From: Candidatus Uhrbacteria bacterium
GTDB taxonomy: Bacteria; Patescibacteriota; Patescibacteriia; UBA9934
Assembly (NCBI GenBank): GCA_963822405.1
Contig: CAWGHH010000001.1
Span: forward strand, 87,296 to 151,295
Reading direction: 5' to 3'
DNA length: 64,000 nucleotides
Below, piece by piece: positions 29,506 through 40,204 of the stretch; within the stretch, counting starts at the first letter, position 1, and the number at the start of each line of letters is the position of its first letter. Made by a program: the position numbers and the translations under genes. The notes under the pieces were generated by a model that was not told where the DNA came from, searched no databases, and was given only the letters and a program-made list of their open reading frames with translations.

Positions 29506-29603
29506 CTTCGGCGTAATGGCCGGTGTGCGGTGGGTTCCAATCCCCACTGCGCACCGGTCGCTTTTTTTACGGAAGGTTTTACGTGGGGTATGCTTAGTCA
29601 TAT

Positions 29604-31063
29604 ATGTCAGCTCTCGCAAAAAATTCAGCTTTACAAATTGGCGGTAAATTATTTGGGACAGTTTTTGGCCTCATCACTTTTTTCTTACTGCTTCAGTACT
29701 TCGGCACAGAGGGTTACGGTTTGCTGACTACGGCCATGACTTACGTGGCTATTTTTGGAGTGGTGGTGGACTTTGGTTTGACCTTGACTACTACGCAGAT
29801 GATTTCTGAGCGTGGGGCAGATGAGGAGAAGATTTTGGGGAACTTACTAACTTTGCGTGTGCTGTCGGCTTTGGTTTTTATGGCCATTGCGCCAGTGACT
29901 GCGCTCTTTGTGCCGGGTGTTAAGGAGGTTGTACTTTTGGTATGCATAGCTACTGGCTCGTCATTTTTTGCATCAGTTGGCCAGACGTATATTGGAGTTT
30001 TTCAAAAACGTTTACAGCTTGGCGCACCAGTTTTGGGCGAGATGCTGAATAGGTTGATCGCTTTGAGCTGGGTTATTGCTGCCGGCGTTTTACACCTCAC
30101 ATTATTTTACGCATCACTCGGATTCTTCGTGGGTGGCTTCGTCCAGCTTTGCATTATGCTTCTTGGGACGGCTCGATTTGTAAAACTTCGTCCTAGATTT
30201 GAATGGCATGTTTGGCGAGATGTTCTAGTTAGAAGTTGGCCGATTGGCATTTCTATCTTTTTTAATCTTTTGTACTTGAAGGGCGATATTCTGTTCATGG
30301 CCGTTCTGCTGGATCCAGCCAGGCGGTTTATTGAAATCGGACAGTATGGTTCCGCGTATAAAGTGGTAGACGTGATGACCATGGTGCCAGTTACTTTCAT
30401 GGGTCTCATGTTGCCGATCTTAACTTTGGCCTGGAGCGAGAGGAACCGGGAGAAATTTGATCGTAGCCTCCAAAACACATTTGATATTTTTGCGCTGATT
30501 GCCATTCCGTTTGCAGTTGGCGCAGTTATGCTCGGCGTGCCGGTAATGACAGCGGTCAAGCCTGACTTGATCCTTGCTGGTCAGGTGTTGGCGATTCTTG
30601 GTCGGCAGCCGCCATTGTATTCTTCAACTCGCTGTACGGCCATGCGGTGGTAGCTGTAAAGAAACAGAAGATTATGACTTTGGCGTACTTAGTGGTGGCC
30701 GTAGTTGCCATAGTTGGCTACGTCCTTTACATTCCTATTTACGGCGCCTGGGCAGCGGCTTGGGTGACCTTGCTGTCCGAGTCATTGATCGGTCTGTTTG
30801 CGTTCATAGTTGTTTCAATGACTACCAAGCGTTTGCCGAACTTGAAAATGACCGCTCGTGCAGTTGTCTCGACCATTGCTATGGCGGGGGTGATCGGATT
30901 TTTCACTTCTCGGTATGACGCTACGGCAAACCCAGCCTTAGCAGCCTTTATTGTAGTGACCGGTATCATTGTTTACGCTGCAGCTATTTCTGTTTTAGGC
31001 GGACCACGGCCACAAATGATTGCTAAATTGTTCCTACCCGAGAAACCAACAGGGAGTGTATGA
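29604..31063 (+). CDS. Wzx-type oligosaccharide flippase, frameshift near 30600
   Basis: LAKNSALQIGGK, YG..TTA, DFGL, GQYGSAYK, YGAWAAAWVT; split between 29604..30653 and 30647..31063. Confidence 0.85.
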
Positions 31064-32279
31064 CCATGATTATTGTTCTTCTCGTTTCAATTTCTTTTGC
31101 ATATTTAACATATCGCGACTTTAAGCTCGCGCTTTTTGTTCTCTTGGCGCTCTTGCCAACCTACCTGATTCGTTTTTCGATCGGCCCCGTGCCGACTACA
31201 TTACTCGAGTGCCTAGTGCTCATAGCTATCGGGTTTTGGTTCGTTCGAGAGAATGGTTTTAAGCTCGATTTCTTACGGACAATGGCCCGTATCGAGTTCC
31301 GATTTTGCTTCTGCTCGCCGCTTCCTGTTTTTCGGTAGTCGTCGCGCCTGATGTATTTTCCGCACTTGGTATTTGGAAAGCCTATTTTATCGAGCCGATA
31401 CTTTTGTTCTTCGTGTTTCGGTCTACGTTTACCGAACGCAAAGATTGGGAATACGGATTTTTCGCTCTTGGTGGTACGGTTATCGTTTTGTCGATCTTCG
31501 CAGTCGTCCAACGACTCACTGGCTTTGGTATCCCAACCCCCTGGGACATTGAACTCAGGGCTACGAGTTTCTTCGATTTCCCCAACGCTCTCGGATTATT
31601 CGCCGCACCAATTACATCCGCGGCCTTGGTGTATGGGTTTGGCGTCGCCAAACCCGTACGCCGCGGATTTGCTTTCGCCATCGCTCTCCTCGGCTTCCTC
31701 GCCTGCCTCCTCTCCCAAACTGAGGCAGCTTTTGTTGCGATCCCCGCATCTCTCCTTTTGGTTCTCTTTGCGTCGAGCGTCCCTTCGGGATACAAAGCGT
31801 GGATCGGCTCGGCGGTTCTTCTCCTCGGTTTTGTTGCCTTCATGTTTGTTCCCATCATTCACGAGAAACTTCTTCTCCAGGATTTATCTGGTCAGGCTCG
31901 CTTAGCCCAGTGGAGCGAAACTTCATCGTACCTGAAGACTCACTGGTTAACGGGCGCTGGTCTTTCCGGCTATCCCTCGGCCATTAAGCCGTATCACGAT
32001 CCTCGAGTGTTCGAAATCTTCCAGTTCCCGCATAATGTCATTTTGAATTTCTGGGTCGAGCTTGGATTGCTCGGCGTTATCGCATTCGTCGCGTTTATTG
32101 TGGTGGTGGTGCGACGAATGGTCACGGCAAGTCGCGACCGTACAACGCAGGCAGATATATTCGTCCTCATGGCCTTCGCCGCTCTTTCGACAATGTTCAT
32201 CCACGGCCTCGTTGACGTGCCATTTTTCAAGAATGATCTAGCGATACTCGCAGCATTTTTCTTGGCAATGGTGTTATAA
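31060..32279 (+). CDS. O-antigen ligase/polymerase family protein, frameshift near 31280
   Basis: LLPTYLIRF, WKAYFIEP, RATSFFDFPNALGL, PHNVILNFWVELG, HGLVDVPFFKNDL. Confidence 0.85.
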
Positions 32280-32291
32280 TCGACCGGTAAT

Positions 32292-34127
32292 ATGATCCCT
32301 CTTCTTCGCCGAGCTTTTTCAGGTATTTTATTGCTTTCTACGCTTTTTCTTGGCGTTCCTCTCTCAGTTTCAGCTGCGTCAATGCCATATTCGGCTCTTC
32401 GAGTTACAACGACCGGTGGCGGGAATATTTCGATGACTCCAGGCGAAGTTAAGAATATCGCGGTTACTTTCCAAAACAAGGGCTCGCAAACATGGGTGAA
32501 TGACGGCAACGGTTATATTTCGCTTTACACCTACGGTCCAAAGTATCGGGCGAGTGTTTTTGATCCCGGTTCTTGGCTTTCGCCATCGCAGGTCAAGCGG
32601 CTGAGCGAGTCGACAGTTAAAACTGGAGCTGTTGGAACTATTTCGTTTACCTTGAAAGCACCAAAGACAGTTGGGAGCTATAAGGAAACCTTTGCTCTTG
32701 CCGCTGAGAATCTTAACTGGGTTTCGGGCGGTGATTTTACGTTTAATATCACGGTTGCTAACAAGACCGTGTCGACTCCGGTAGTTTCGGCAACTCCGTC
32801 GACGCCTATCGCGCCATCTACTTCTGGTATTTCTGGTTACTCCGCCTCTATCGTCACCCAATCGGCGACGAAACTAAAGGTTCTGGCTAAGAAACCTGTT
32901 TCATTTTCGGTCGTCGTCAAAAATACCGGGACAACTACCTGGAAAGATGTCGGCATAACGGCGCCAGATCTCAATATGGCCTCGGGCGCGAGTGATTTTC
33001 GACACGCCAGTTGGCAAGGTCAACAAGTCGTTCTTTTGACGCAGAAAGTTAAGCCTGGCGAGACCGCGGCCATGCAATTTTTCTTCACCGCACCAAATGT
33101 AAATGGTATTTCAACCGCGAAGTTCCAAATAATGGCGGACGATTTGAATATCCCTGGTACTTTTGTCGAGATACCCGTTGAGGTGACGGGCGGCTCGGCT
33201 GAAGCGGTCGTCGCGCCGACCAACGAGAATATCACGCCGGCATTGCAACAGATCGACGAGCCAACTATCCGCGTTGGCGTCTTAATTGTCGACGATGAAA
33301 CGAAAGATGAGGTGGTGATTACGTCGTATGAAAGCGATTTCGATCTGACCGACGACGCAGGTACGGCGCTTGGTTCATACTCGAAGGGCACAGAGGTGCA
33401 CGCGGCTTGGGACGGCTCGAACTACTTATACAATGACGGCGCACACAAGAAGAGCGCTAAACCTCTGCGCTTTGTTCCGAAAACTCCGAACGCGGTCATG
33501 ACGATTACGAATTTTGATCGTCGAGTAACTCGCGGCACGTCATTCGCCAACAATACATTCCGCAATGTCCTCGAGCTTCGTTACAACGTCCCAAATGATC
33601 GAACCTGGGTAATAAATGAACTGCCCGTCGAGTTCTATCTTCGCGGTTTGGCCGAAACTTCTGATTTGTCGCATCCAGAATTTCAGAAAACTCTTTTAAC
33701 TGCCGCTCGAACTTACGCGTTTTATCACTGGACCCACGCCACCAAGCACAAATCAGAAGGCTTTCACGTAGACGCCTACCAGGATCAAGTTTATTGGGGC
33801 TACGGACAGGAAGAACGAACGCCTCGAATAACTGCTGGCGTCATCGCGACTCGCGGAATGATCGTCACTTATAACGGCGACACCGCGGTCACTTCTTTCT
33901 TCTCGCGTTCCGATGGCAGAACTCGTAATTGGTCAGAAGTTTGGGGCGGTAACGTTCCGTATGCAGTGTCCGTTCCAGTTCCTTGTGACGTCGGCAAAAC
34001 CCTCTGGGGACATGGTGTGGGTATGTCCGCTTCCGGCGCTCTCTGCATGGCCAAAGATGGCCAGGACTGGAAATCTATCCTGAAATACTTTTATACGGGA
34101 GTTGAGGTGAACCAGAAATGGCAATAA
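32292..34127 (+). CDS. SpoIID/LytB domain protein with two N-terminal Ig-like domains
   Basis: INELPVEFYLRGLAE, AARTYA, DQVYWGY, GHGVGMS, ILKYFYTG. Confidence 0.85.
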   Translation: MIPLLRRAFSGILLLSTLFLGVPLSVSAASMPYSALRVTTTGGGNISMTPGEVKNIAVTFQNKGSQTWVNDGNGYISLYTYGPKYRASVFDPGSWLSPSQVKRLSESTVKTGAVGTISFTLKAPKTVGSYKETFALAAENLNWVSGGDFTFNITVANKTVSTPVVSATPSTPIAPSTSGISGYSASIVTQSATKLKVLAKKPVSFSVVVKNTGTTTWKDVGITAPDLNMASGASDFRHASWQGQQVVLLTQKVKPGETAAMQFFFTAPNVNGISTAKFQIMADDLNIPGTFVEIPVEVTGGSAEAVVAPTNENITPALQQIDEPTIRVGVLIVDDETKDEVVITSYESDFDLTDDAGTALGSYSKGTEVHAAWDGSNYLYNDGAHKKSAKPLRFVPKTPNAVMTITNFDRRVTRGTSFANNTFRNVLELRYNVPNDRTWVINELPVEFYLRGLAETSDLSHPEFQKTLLTAARTYAFYHWTHATKHKSEGFHVDAYQDQVYWGYGQEERTPRITAGVIATRGMIVTYNGDTAVTSFFSRSDGRTRNWSEVWGGNVPYAVSVPVPCDVGKTLWGHGVGMSASGALCMAKDGQDWKSILKYFYTGVEVNQKWQ

Positions 34128-34128
34128 C

Positions 34129-34157
34129 AAAAACGAGCTCCTCGCGGGGCTCGTTTT
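34129..34157. terminator. bidirectional terminator
   Basis: AAAACGAGCTCC-TCGC-GGGGCTCGTTTT between convergent genes. Confidence 0.75.
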
Positions 34158-34161
34158 AATT

Positions 34162-34737
34162 TTAGTTTCTTTCCAACTTCTCTTCGTATGACATTTCTCG
34201 GTGACGATGGGTCGTTTTGCAGGTTTCGACCATGCCACTGATTAATACTTTGATCTCGTCTGGGTTATCAATATTTTTGAACTGGAACCTTTCTTTCTCG
34301 GCGGCTGTTTGAATGTAGACATTGCCGAAGGTAAGAAAGGTTTGGAGAGGGCCGGTCATTTCGCTCGTAATATCTTGAATCTGGCGCAGGTGCATTTCCG
34401 AGATAACTCGGTGAAACAGACCGAACTGTTCTGTATTAATGATGCGCTCGGTAGTTACAATCCAGACGTCCAGCCAGTAATCAGTAATTTCAGTGATCGT
34501 GAGCATGAAGACAATGAGCAGGTAGCCCATGAAAACTATACTCGCCACAGGACCCCAGATAGGATCAGCAAAAACGTCATTTTTTGTGAAAGAGAAGAAG
34601 ATCAGCACGGCAATAGGCACTACCATGAGCATGGCCGTGAAGACGAACATGCGGACTACCTCAACCCAATGTCGGCGTAGCATGATAACGGATTTTTCTT
34701 CGGGCTGACTGTTTGGCAGTTCTGTTAAGCGCATCAT
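34162..34737 (-). CDS. membrane protein with bacterial PH domain
   Basis: RRHW, two TM, DVWIVTTERIINTEQFGLFHR, IQD, FGNVYIQTA. Confidence 0.8.
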   Translation of the reverse strand: MMRLTELPNSQPEEKSVIMLRRHWVEVVRMFVFTAMLMVVPIAVLIFFSFTKNDVFADPIWGPVASIVFMGYLLIVFMLTITEITDYWLDVWIVTTERIINTEQFGLFHRVISEMHLRQIQDITSEMTGPLQTFLTFGNVYIQTAAEKERFQFKNIDNPDEIKVLISGMVETCKTTHRHREMSYEEKLERN

Positions 34738-35003
34738 AAGCCGTAGATATTGGTTGCCGGAGTATTGATGTTGAGGATGGCAATCGGATCAATCTTTTGA
34801 TTCCAGTCATATCTACTGAACAGAAGCGTGCTGGTCCCGATGATGAATGCAAAGCCAATGATGTAAACCGCAACGATGGCTTGCGTGGCTGTAGACTCGA
34901 TACCAAATCTGACTATGTGAAAGACGTTAAAGAAAACAAATAAAGCTGAAACTAGCACAACAACCACGAACGGAATAAGAAAATACACTACAGGGAAGGG
35001 CAT
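34734..35003 (-). CDS. hypothetical membrane protein
   Basis: Two TM segments; ATGA overlap with the next gene. Confidence 0.7.
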   Translation of the reverse strand: MPFPVVYFLIPFVVVVLVSALFVFFNVFHIVRFGIESTATQAIVAVYIIGFAFIIGTSTLLFSRYDWNQKIDPIAILNINTPATNIYGL

Positions 35004-35027
35004 ATATACAAGAATTGTAGCACGCGG

Positions 35028-35621
35028 TTACCCATTGTTCCGACAGAACTCCTCGATTAGTGTTCTGACCGTATTTACGCGTTCTTCCCAATATGGTGTT
35101 TGAGGAACAATTCGCAAAGCAGGATGAGCTGACCAGGCGCGTAGAGTTCGTTTGCCACTTTCAAGCGCAGATTCATGGGTTAACTCTTGGCGTTGGGGGT
35201 TATTTGAGGCGTATCGACTGAATATTTCTTTGTCAGGCATTTCAAGATAAATGACCAGATCATACCTGGCATATGCTTGATCAATAGTCATTCCGGTCAC
35301 TTGAAGGAATTCCTCTGGTCCACTCATGTACGCCATGGTGTCTGGCAGAGCTCGATCTAAAACGATGAACGATTTGCCGGTATTTTGAGCGTGAACATCT
35401 CCAAGATGTTCGAACGTTAAGAGTGCCTCACCAAAGTGACGGTTAAAAGCTAGTAGAGGTTGGCCGACCGTTGGCGAGACTACCCCCAAACCAAAAATTA
35501 GTGACGCGCCTTCTTTTTGAAAATATAGTTGAGGCATTTCTGCGCGCAGTAGATCCGTAGCGGCTGTTTTTCCGCTACATGGTTCGCCGGTAATCACTAT
35601 TCGTCGTAGACGATTCCTCAT
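35028..35621 (-). CDS. AAA_28/NadR-like P-loop ATPase or kinase
   Basis: [34 protein letters not shown]. Confidence 0.8.
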   Translation of the reverse strand: MRNRLRRIVITGEPCSGKTAATDLLRAEMPQLYFQKEGASLIFGLGVVSPTVGQPLLAFNRHFGEALLTFEHLGDVHAQNTGKSFIVLDRALPDTMAYMSGPEEFLQVTGMTIDQAYARYDLVIYLEMPDKEIFSRYASNNPQRQELTHESALESGKRTLRAWSAHPALRIVPQTPYWEERVNTVRTLIEEFCRNNG

Positions 35622-36654
35622 AGCAACGAATCTTTTGAAGCAGTTTTGATCCCAAGATGTTCGTAGGCACGTGACGTGGCCATTCGACCGCGAGGGGTGC
35701 GTTCGAGAAATCCTAATTGCAATAAGAACGGTTCGTAAATTTCTTCGATTGTCTCCGTTTCTTCCTGGGTGGCAGCGGCGAGGGTGCCGAGACCGACTGG
35801 TCCGCCATTAAACTTTTCGATTAGCGTTAAAAGTAGATGTCGGTCTACATTGTCGAGTCCAAGCGGGTCGATCGACAGCATAGTTAGTGCGTCATTGGCG
35901 ACCGCTTCCGTAATAGACCCGTCGTGTTTGATTTGGGCGAAGTCGCGAACACGCTTGAGGAGTCGATTCGCAATGCGCGGGGTTCGACGCGCGCGGTCAG
36001 CAATGGCTTGAGCAGCGGGGGAGTCAATTTCAACTTCGAGGATCCCGGCTGAGCGCGTAACGATTCTTCCCATGTCCTCTTGGTTGTAGAAGTTAAGGTG
36101 GAAGGTCGAGCCGAACCGGTCGCGCAGTGGTGACGACAAGAGCGAGAGGCGAGTTGTCGCGCCGATGATGGTGAATGGTTCGAGGCCGAGCCGCAGCGTT
36201 CGCGCCGAAGCGTCCTTTGCCGACGACTAAGTCAAGCGCGTAATCCTCCATGGCCGGATAAAGTACTTCTTCGATCGTCTTATTCATCCGGTGAATTTCG
36301 TCGATAAACAATACGTCACCTTTGGCTAGATTCGACAAAATAGCCGCCAGATCACCGACTCTTTCGAGTGCCTGCCCGCTCGTAATCCGCACATTCGCGC
36401 CCATCTCGCGTGCAATAATATGGGCGAGTGTAGTTTTTCCGAGGCCAGGATTTCCGTATAACAAAATGTGTTCAAGTGGTTCGTTCTCGTTGCTTTGCGG
36501 CTTCGATGAATATGCCCAGGTTCGTCTTCAGTTCATCTTGCCCAATGAAATCACAAAGCCTCTCTGGCCGCAGGCCGAGTTCAATCTTCTGTTCTTCCTC
36601 GACCGCTTCTGGTGCTACTGCTCGAGGTTCTTCATTTACCTGCTCTTCAATCAT
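35618..36654 (-). CDS. ruvB: Holliday junction branch migration helicase RuvB, two 1-bp frameshifts
   Basis: [46 protein letters not shown]; breaks near 36488 and 36211. Confidence 0.92.
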
Positions 36655-36736
36655 ACTTAGCTGAAGTTTACCCCAGTTTGGCTTTAATATAAAAACTTTT
36701 GTGTTCTTCTCCTACCTTTGGTAGTATTTCATCCAT

Positions 36737-36822
36737 GCCGGGATGGTGAAATGGCAGACACGAGGGCCTTAAGAGCCCTTATCCGAAAGGGTGTGCGGGT
36801 TCGAGTCCCGCTCCCGGTACCA
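36737..36822 (+). tRNA. tRNA-Leu(TAA)
   Basis: GCCGGGA/TCCCGGT acceptor stem, AGGGC-CTTAAGA-GCCCT, variable arm, CCA. Confidence 0.95.
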
Positions 36823-36928
36823 GAAGACCGAGCAGTAATGCGCGGTTTTTTGTATAGATGGGGTCAGGTCGGGATATGGAGCATTTGTGTTTTCGGTAGA
36901 TTTGTATTTCTGCTACACTCCTCCAGGT

Positions 36929-37402
36929 ATGCTAGCCGCTGAACCAAAATACCGCCCGAACGCCGCCATAATTGTGACGGATGGAAAGGGACATGTGCTC
37001 ATGTGTGAACGTAATGATTTGCAGTATGAGGGGACGTGGCAAACGCCCCAGGGAGGCATTGATAAAGGGGAAACTGCTCGCCAAGCAGCTGAACGAGAAC
37101 TTGCCGAAGAGCTCGGGCTCGCACCGGAAGAATTCGACATCATTGCAGAGTCGACGAAGAAATATAAGTATGAGTGGACAGCCACTTATCAGCTTTTGAA
37201 TCCATATCGTGAATTTGTTGGACAAGAACAGCAGTTTTTCTTAGCAAAAGTTCATCCAGACGCGCAATTTTATTTGGACACAGCCGGTCACGGTGAATTT
37301 AAGCAGGTAAAGTGGGGGAGTCCGGCCGATTTAGTTAAGTATTGTTGGTCCGCAAAACGCCCCGGAATCGAGGCGTCATTGCGCGAATTCGGATTATTGT
37401 AA
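36929..37402 (+). CDS. Nudix hydrolase, RppH-like RNA pyrophosphohydrolase
   Basis: YRPNA, WQTPQGGIDKGETARQAAERELAEELGL, GQEQQFF. Confidence 0.85.
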   Translation: MLAAEPKYRPNAAIIVTDGKGHVLMCERNDLQYEGTWQTPQGGIDKGETARQAAERELAEELGLAPEEFDIIAESTKKYKYEWTATYQLLNPYREFVGQEQQFFLAKVHPDAQFYLDTAGHGEFKQVKWGSPADLVKYCWSAKRPGIEASLREFGLL

Positions 37403-38473
37403 TTCTGTGGTAGGGGTCGACCCATGCGTCGACCCTCTTTGTATTTCGAGAATTCCCGTCGGCACGCCCAAATCGTCCATCATTGTCTGTGCCTTGTCAC
37501 CCGCGGCCGGCGACATCTGTCTCTTCTCCAGGTACATTGGTTCAAATTTAAGCGTCAATTTGTCAGCCTCAACAGTCATGCGTAACGCCATGCCCCTTTT
37601 TGTTTGCTCTGACCAATCTTGGTCGAATAGAAAATTTCCGAGCGAGTAAACAATCGGCACGCCGTTGTAGGTTTCGTAGGTTTCGACTATATGCGGATGT
37701 CCGCCAATAACTGCATCTGCGCCGGCGTCGACGAAGGCGTGCGCGGTTTTAACCTGCGAGCTCGACGGGTCATGTTCGTACTCCACGCCCCAGTGAGGCA
37801 TGACAATCACGAAATTTCCGGCTGCTTTTTCAGTTTTGATCGTCGCGAGAACTCCTTCCGAGGTTTCGTTGAAAGCGTGAAAACCGATGAACGCGAAGTT
37901 AATCCCGTTTACAGTTTTGTGGGCGACGAAATCACCGCTTTTCCACGGGTCGCCAAACGGCGTCATGCCATTGTCGATAATTGTTTGTCGAGTTAATTCT
38001 GTGGTCGTGTTTCCAAAATCATCAGTGTGGTTATTTGATAATGACAGGACGTCGAATCCGTGGCTCGCCAGCATTGTTACGTTGTTAGGAGTTGTATCGA
38101 ACAGCATGACATTTGTAACCTCAATGTTTTGTTTTTCGCGAACTGAACTTTCGAAATTACCAATCAACAAATCATTATTCGAAAGTAAATCCCCGACCTT
38201 TTCAAATATATAATCTTGTCCGTAAGTTTTGATGTATTGTTCAACGTTCCGCGCCATCATGATATCGCCCACAAATTCCAACGTCGTCGAGGTCGCGGTA
38301 GGGGTCGACCCATGCGTCGACCCTTCCTCACCCCGCATCCCCGCCACCTTCAGGTAATGGGTTTGAATGTGTTTGATTGGTTTTGCAATGGTAGTAAATG
38401 GGTCGACCAAAAGAAATCCGACGAGAATAGTCGAACCGAGACCAGTTAAGAGAAGCGAGGAGTTCTTGTTCAT
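37394..38473 (-). CDS. CapA family metallophosphoesterase
   Basis: FVGDIM, GNFE, LSNNH, PHWGVEY, GGHPH, YSLGNFLFDQ. Confidence 0.9.
   Translation of the reverse strand: MNKNSSLLLTGLGSTILVGFLLVDPFTTIAKPIKHIQTHYLKVAGMRGEEGSTHGSTPTATSTTLEFVGDIMMARNVEQYIKTYGQDYIFEKVGDLLSNNDLLIGNFESSVREKQNIEVTNVMLFDTTPNNVTMLASHGFDVLSLSNNHTDDFGNTTTELTRQTIIDNGMTPFGDPWKSGDFVAHKTVNGINFAFIGFHAFNETSEGVLATIKTEKAAGNFVIVMPHWGVEYEHDPSSSQVKTAHAFVDAGADAVIGGHPHIVETYETYNGVPIVYSLGNFLFDQDWSEQTKRGMALRMTVEADKLTLKFEPMYLEKRQMSPAAGDKAQTMMDDLGVPTGILEIQRGSTHGSTPTTELQ
37410..37435 (+). repeat. REP-like palindrome, family A, copy 1 (inside the CapA gene)
   Basis: GTAG-GGGTCGACCCATGCGTCGACCC. Confidence 0.9.
38298..38323 (+). repeat. REP-like palindrome, family A, copy 2 (inside the CapA gene)
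   Basis: Identical to copy 1. Confidence 0.9.
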
Positions 38474-38485
38474 GAATAGAAAAGC

Positions 38486-39202
38486 CTACTCTGTTGGCGG
38501 AATAAATTCAATGCTTTTCACTAGTCGCTCAATATTTTCGGCTGGTTTATCGAACCCAGCTTTTCCCATAAAACGTTCATCAGATGCTGAATACATGTCG
38601 AGTGATACGCTGTCGATAGTCGTGTTAAACGCGGGGATCAGATAGGAAGAGCTACCAGCGCCTGAGAGTTTGGCAATTCCACCGGTTGCGATAGTTAGGT
38701 TTGAGCAGGTTGAGCTAGTGATGAAATTACCAGCCCAAGATGGCATGGTTGAACTTGATTCTCTTAGTAACGAACAAACATCAGCTTGGTTAACTTGATC
38801 CATCCACCGAGGGTCTGGTTGTACAAACCAAGAAAGGTCGCCCCAGTATCCCGCGTGACCAGTCGGCTCGACATATTCTGCCCCCATGAAGTACACCCGT
38901 TTAGGGTCATTCGATAAGCCGGTTTGCGAAAACGAGAAGAATACGCCACCATCACGCTTTTCAACGACGACCGTTCCATAGCTCTTCGGATAACCAAATC
39001 TGATGCCAAGAGCTGAGTTCTCATAAAGCATGGCCTCTGTTCCGGGAAGCTGATGCGCCGTGCCAACATTATACACAAGTGATTCGGCCGGTAATTCAGC
39101 GGGTGAAGTTGGCTTTGTCTTTGGGCCAAGGTTCGTATACATGATGAGAGCCAAGCCGGCGAGTATGCCCACGATCCCGAACAATAGAGAATAGCGCTTC
39201 AT
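38486..39202 (-). CDS. hypothetical exported protein
   Basis: Signal anchor MKRYSLLFGIVG; YENSALGIRFGYP motif. Confidence 0.7.
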   Translation of the reverse strand: MKRYSLLFGIVGILAGLALIMYTNLGPKTKPTSPAELPAESLVYNVGTAHQLPGTEAMLYENSALGIRFGYPKSYGTVVVEKRDGGVFFSFSQTGLSNDPKRVYFMGAEYVEPTGHAGYWGDLSWFVQPDPRWMDQVNQADVCSLLRESSSTMPSWAGNFITSSTCSNLTIATGGIAKLSGAGSSSYLIPAFNTTIDSVSLDMYSASDERFMGKAGFDKPAENIERLVKSIEFIPPTE

Positions 39203-39255
39203 ATATTTGTTTTCTCTATCATAACAAAAATACCTCGTTACCGAGATATTTTTGG

Positions 39256-39330
<75 letters not shown>

Positions 39331-39383
39331 GTTTCGGTCAATACATTAACATGCGACGTTTTCAGCGTCAAACGTTAGAAATA

Positions 39384-39824
39384 TTAGCGGTCTGCGAGTA
39401 GGCGAAGACGCGAGTTTGATCGTTCGAGCGTGCTGATACGAACTTCGTGGTTTAGGTGGCTCGATTCTAGGCGTTCGACAATTCCATGAGTTTTTATGGC
39501 GTAAACAGCCACTTCATCAAGGCACTCATCTATGCGGTCGATTTTTATCTCTAGTTGATCAACTTTTGTTTCTAGCTGGTCGAATCTCTGATCCATGATG
39601 TCGAATCTACAGTCCATTTTGTCAAATCTCTGATCCGTCACATCAAATCTCTGATCCATCACATCAAATCTCTGATCCATTACATCAAATCGCTGATCCA
39701 TCCGATCGAATTTGTGATCAACCAGATTGAATTTTTGATCAACAAGATCAAATCTCGAATTCATGTCTGACCGAAGATCGGTGATGCTTTTGAGAATTTC
39801 TTGATTAAGGGAAATTTCGTTCAT
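39384..39824 (-). CDS. coiled-coil protein with DQRFDxM heptad repeats
   Basis: About nine tandem heptads encoded by 21-bp repeats. Confidence 0.8.
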   Translation of the reverse strand: MNEISLNQEILKSITDLRSDMNSRFDLVDQKFNLVDHKFDRMDQRFDVMDQRFDVMDQRFDVTDQRFDKMDCRFDIMDQRFDQLETKVDQLEIKIDRIDECLDEVAVYAIKTHGIVERLESSHLNHEVRISTLERSNSRLRLLADR

Positions 39825-39913
39825 AGGAATATTTTCAGTCTACACGATCTATTTAGGCGAGTATAGCACCAGTTTAGGGCCGGAAAATCCGGCCCCTATT
39901 TGTGCGGAGAGGG

Positions 39914-40159
39914 CTATGCGGCGACAGGTACGGTGACGAAGTTGCGTGGGCGTATTCCTTCGATAGCTTGTTTCTTTAAGAGCCAGCTGATGCCTTGTTT
40001 GTTGCCACTCTTGTATTGTTCACGAGCAATTTCGTTAATGAAGCTGTAAATTTCATGCGCTATGTCTTCCGGCATGTCGAACTTCACCATTAATGCATTG
40101 TAGCGTTCTTCGAGAATGTCATACCAGGATTTCTTTGGGGTCTTGATTGAGTCGGTCAT
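39914..40159 (-). CDS. hypothetical protein
   Basis: 81-aa ORF co-oriented with its neighbours. Confidence 0.65.
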   Translation of the reverse strand: MTDSIKTPKKSWYDILEERYNALMVKFDMPEDIAHEIYSFINEIAREQYKSGNKQGISWLLKKQAIEGIRPRNFVTVPVAA

Positions 40160-40166
40160 ATTTGAG

Positions 40167-40192
40167 GTTGGGGTCGACCCATGCGTCGACCC
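40167..40192 (+). repeat. REP-like palindrome, family A, copy 3 (intergenic)
   Basis: GTTG-GGGTCGACCCATGCGTCGACCC. Confidence 0.9.
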
Positions 40193-40204
40193 TTAGAATA
40201 ATTA

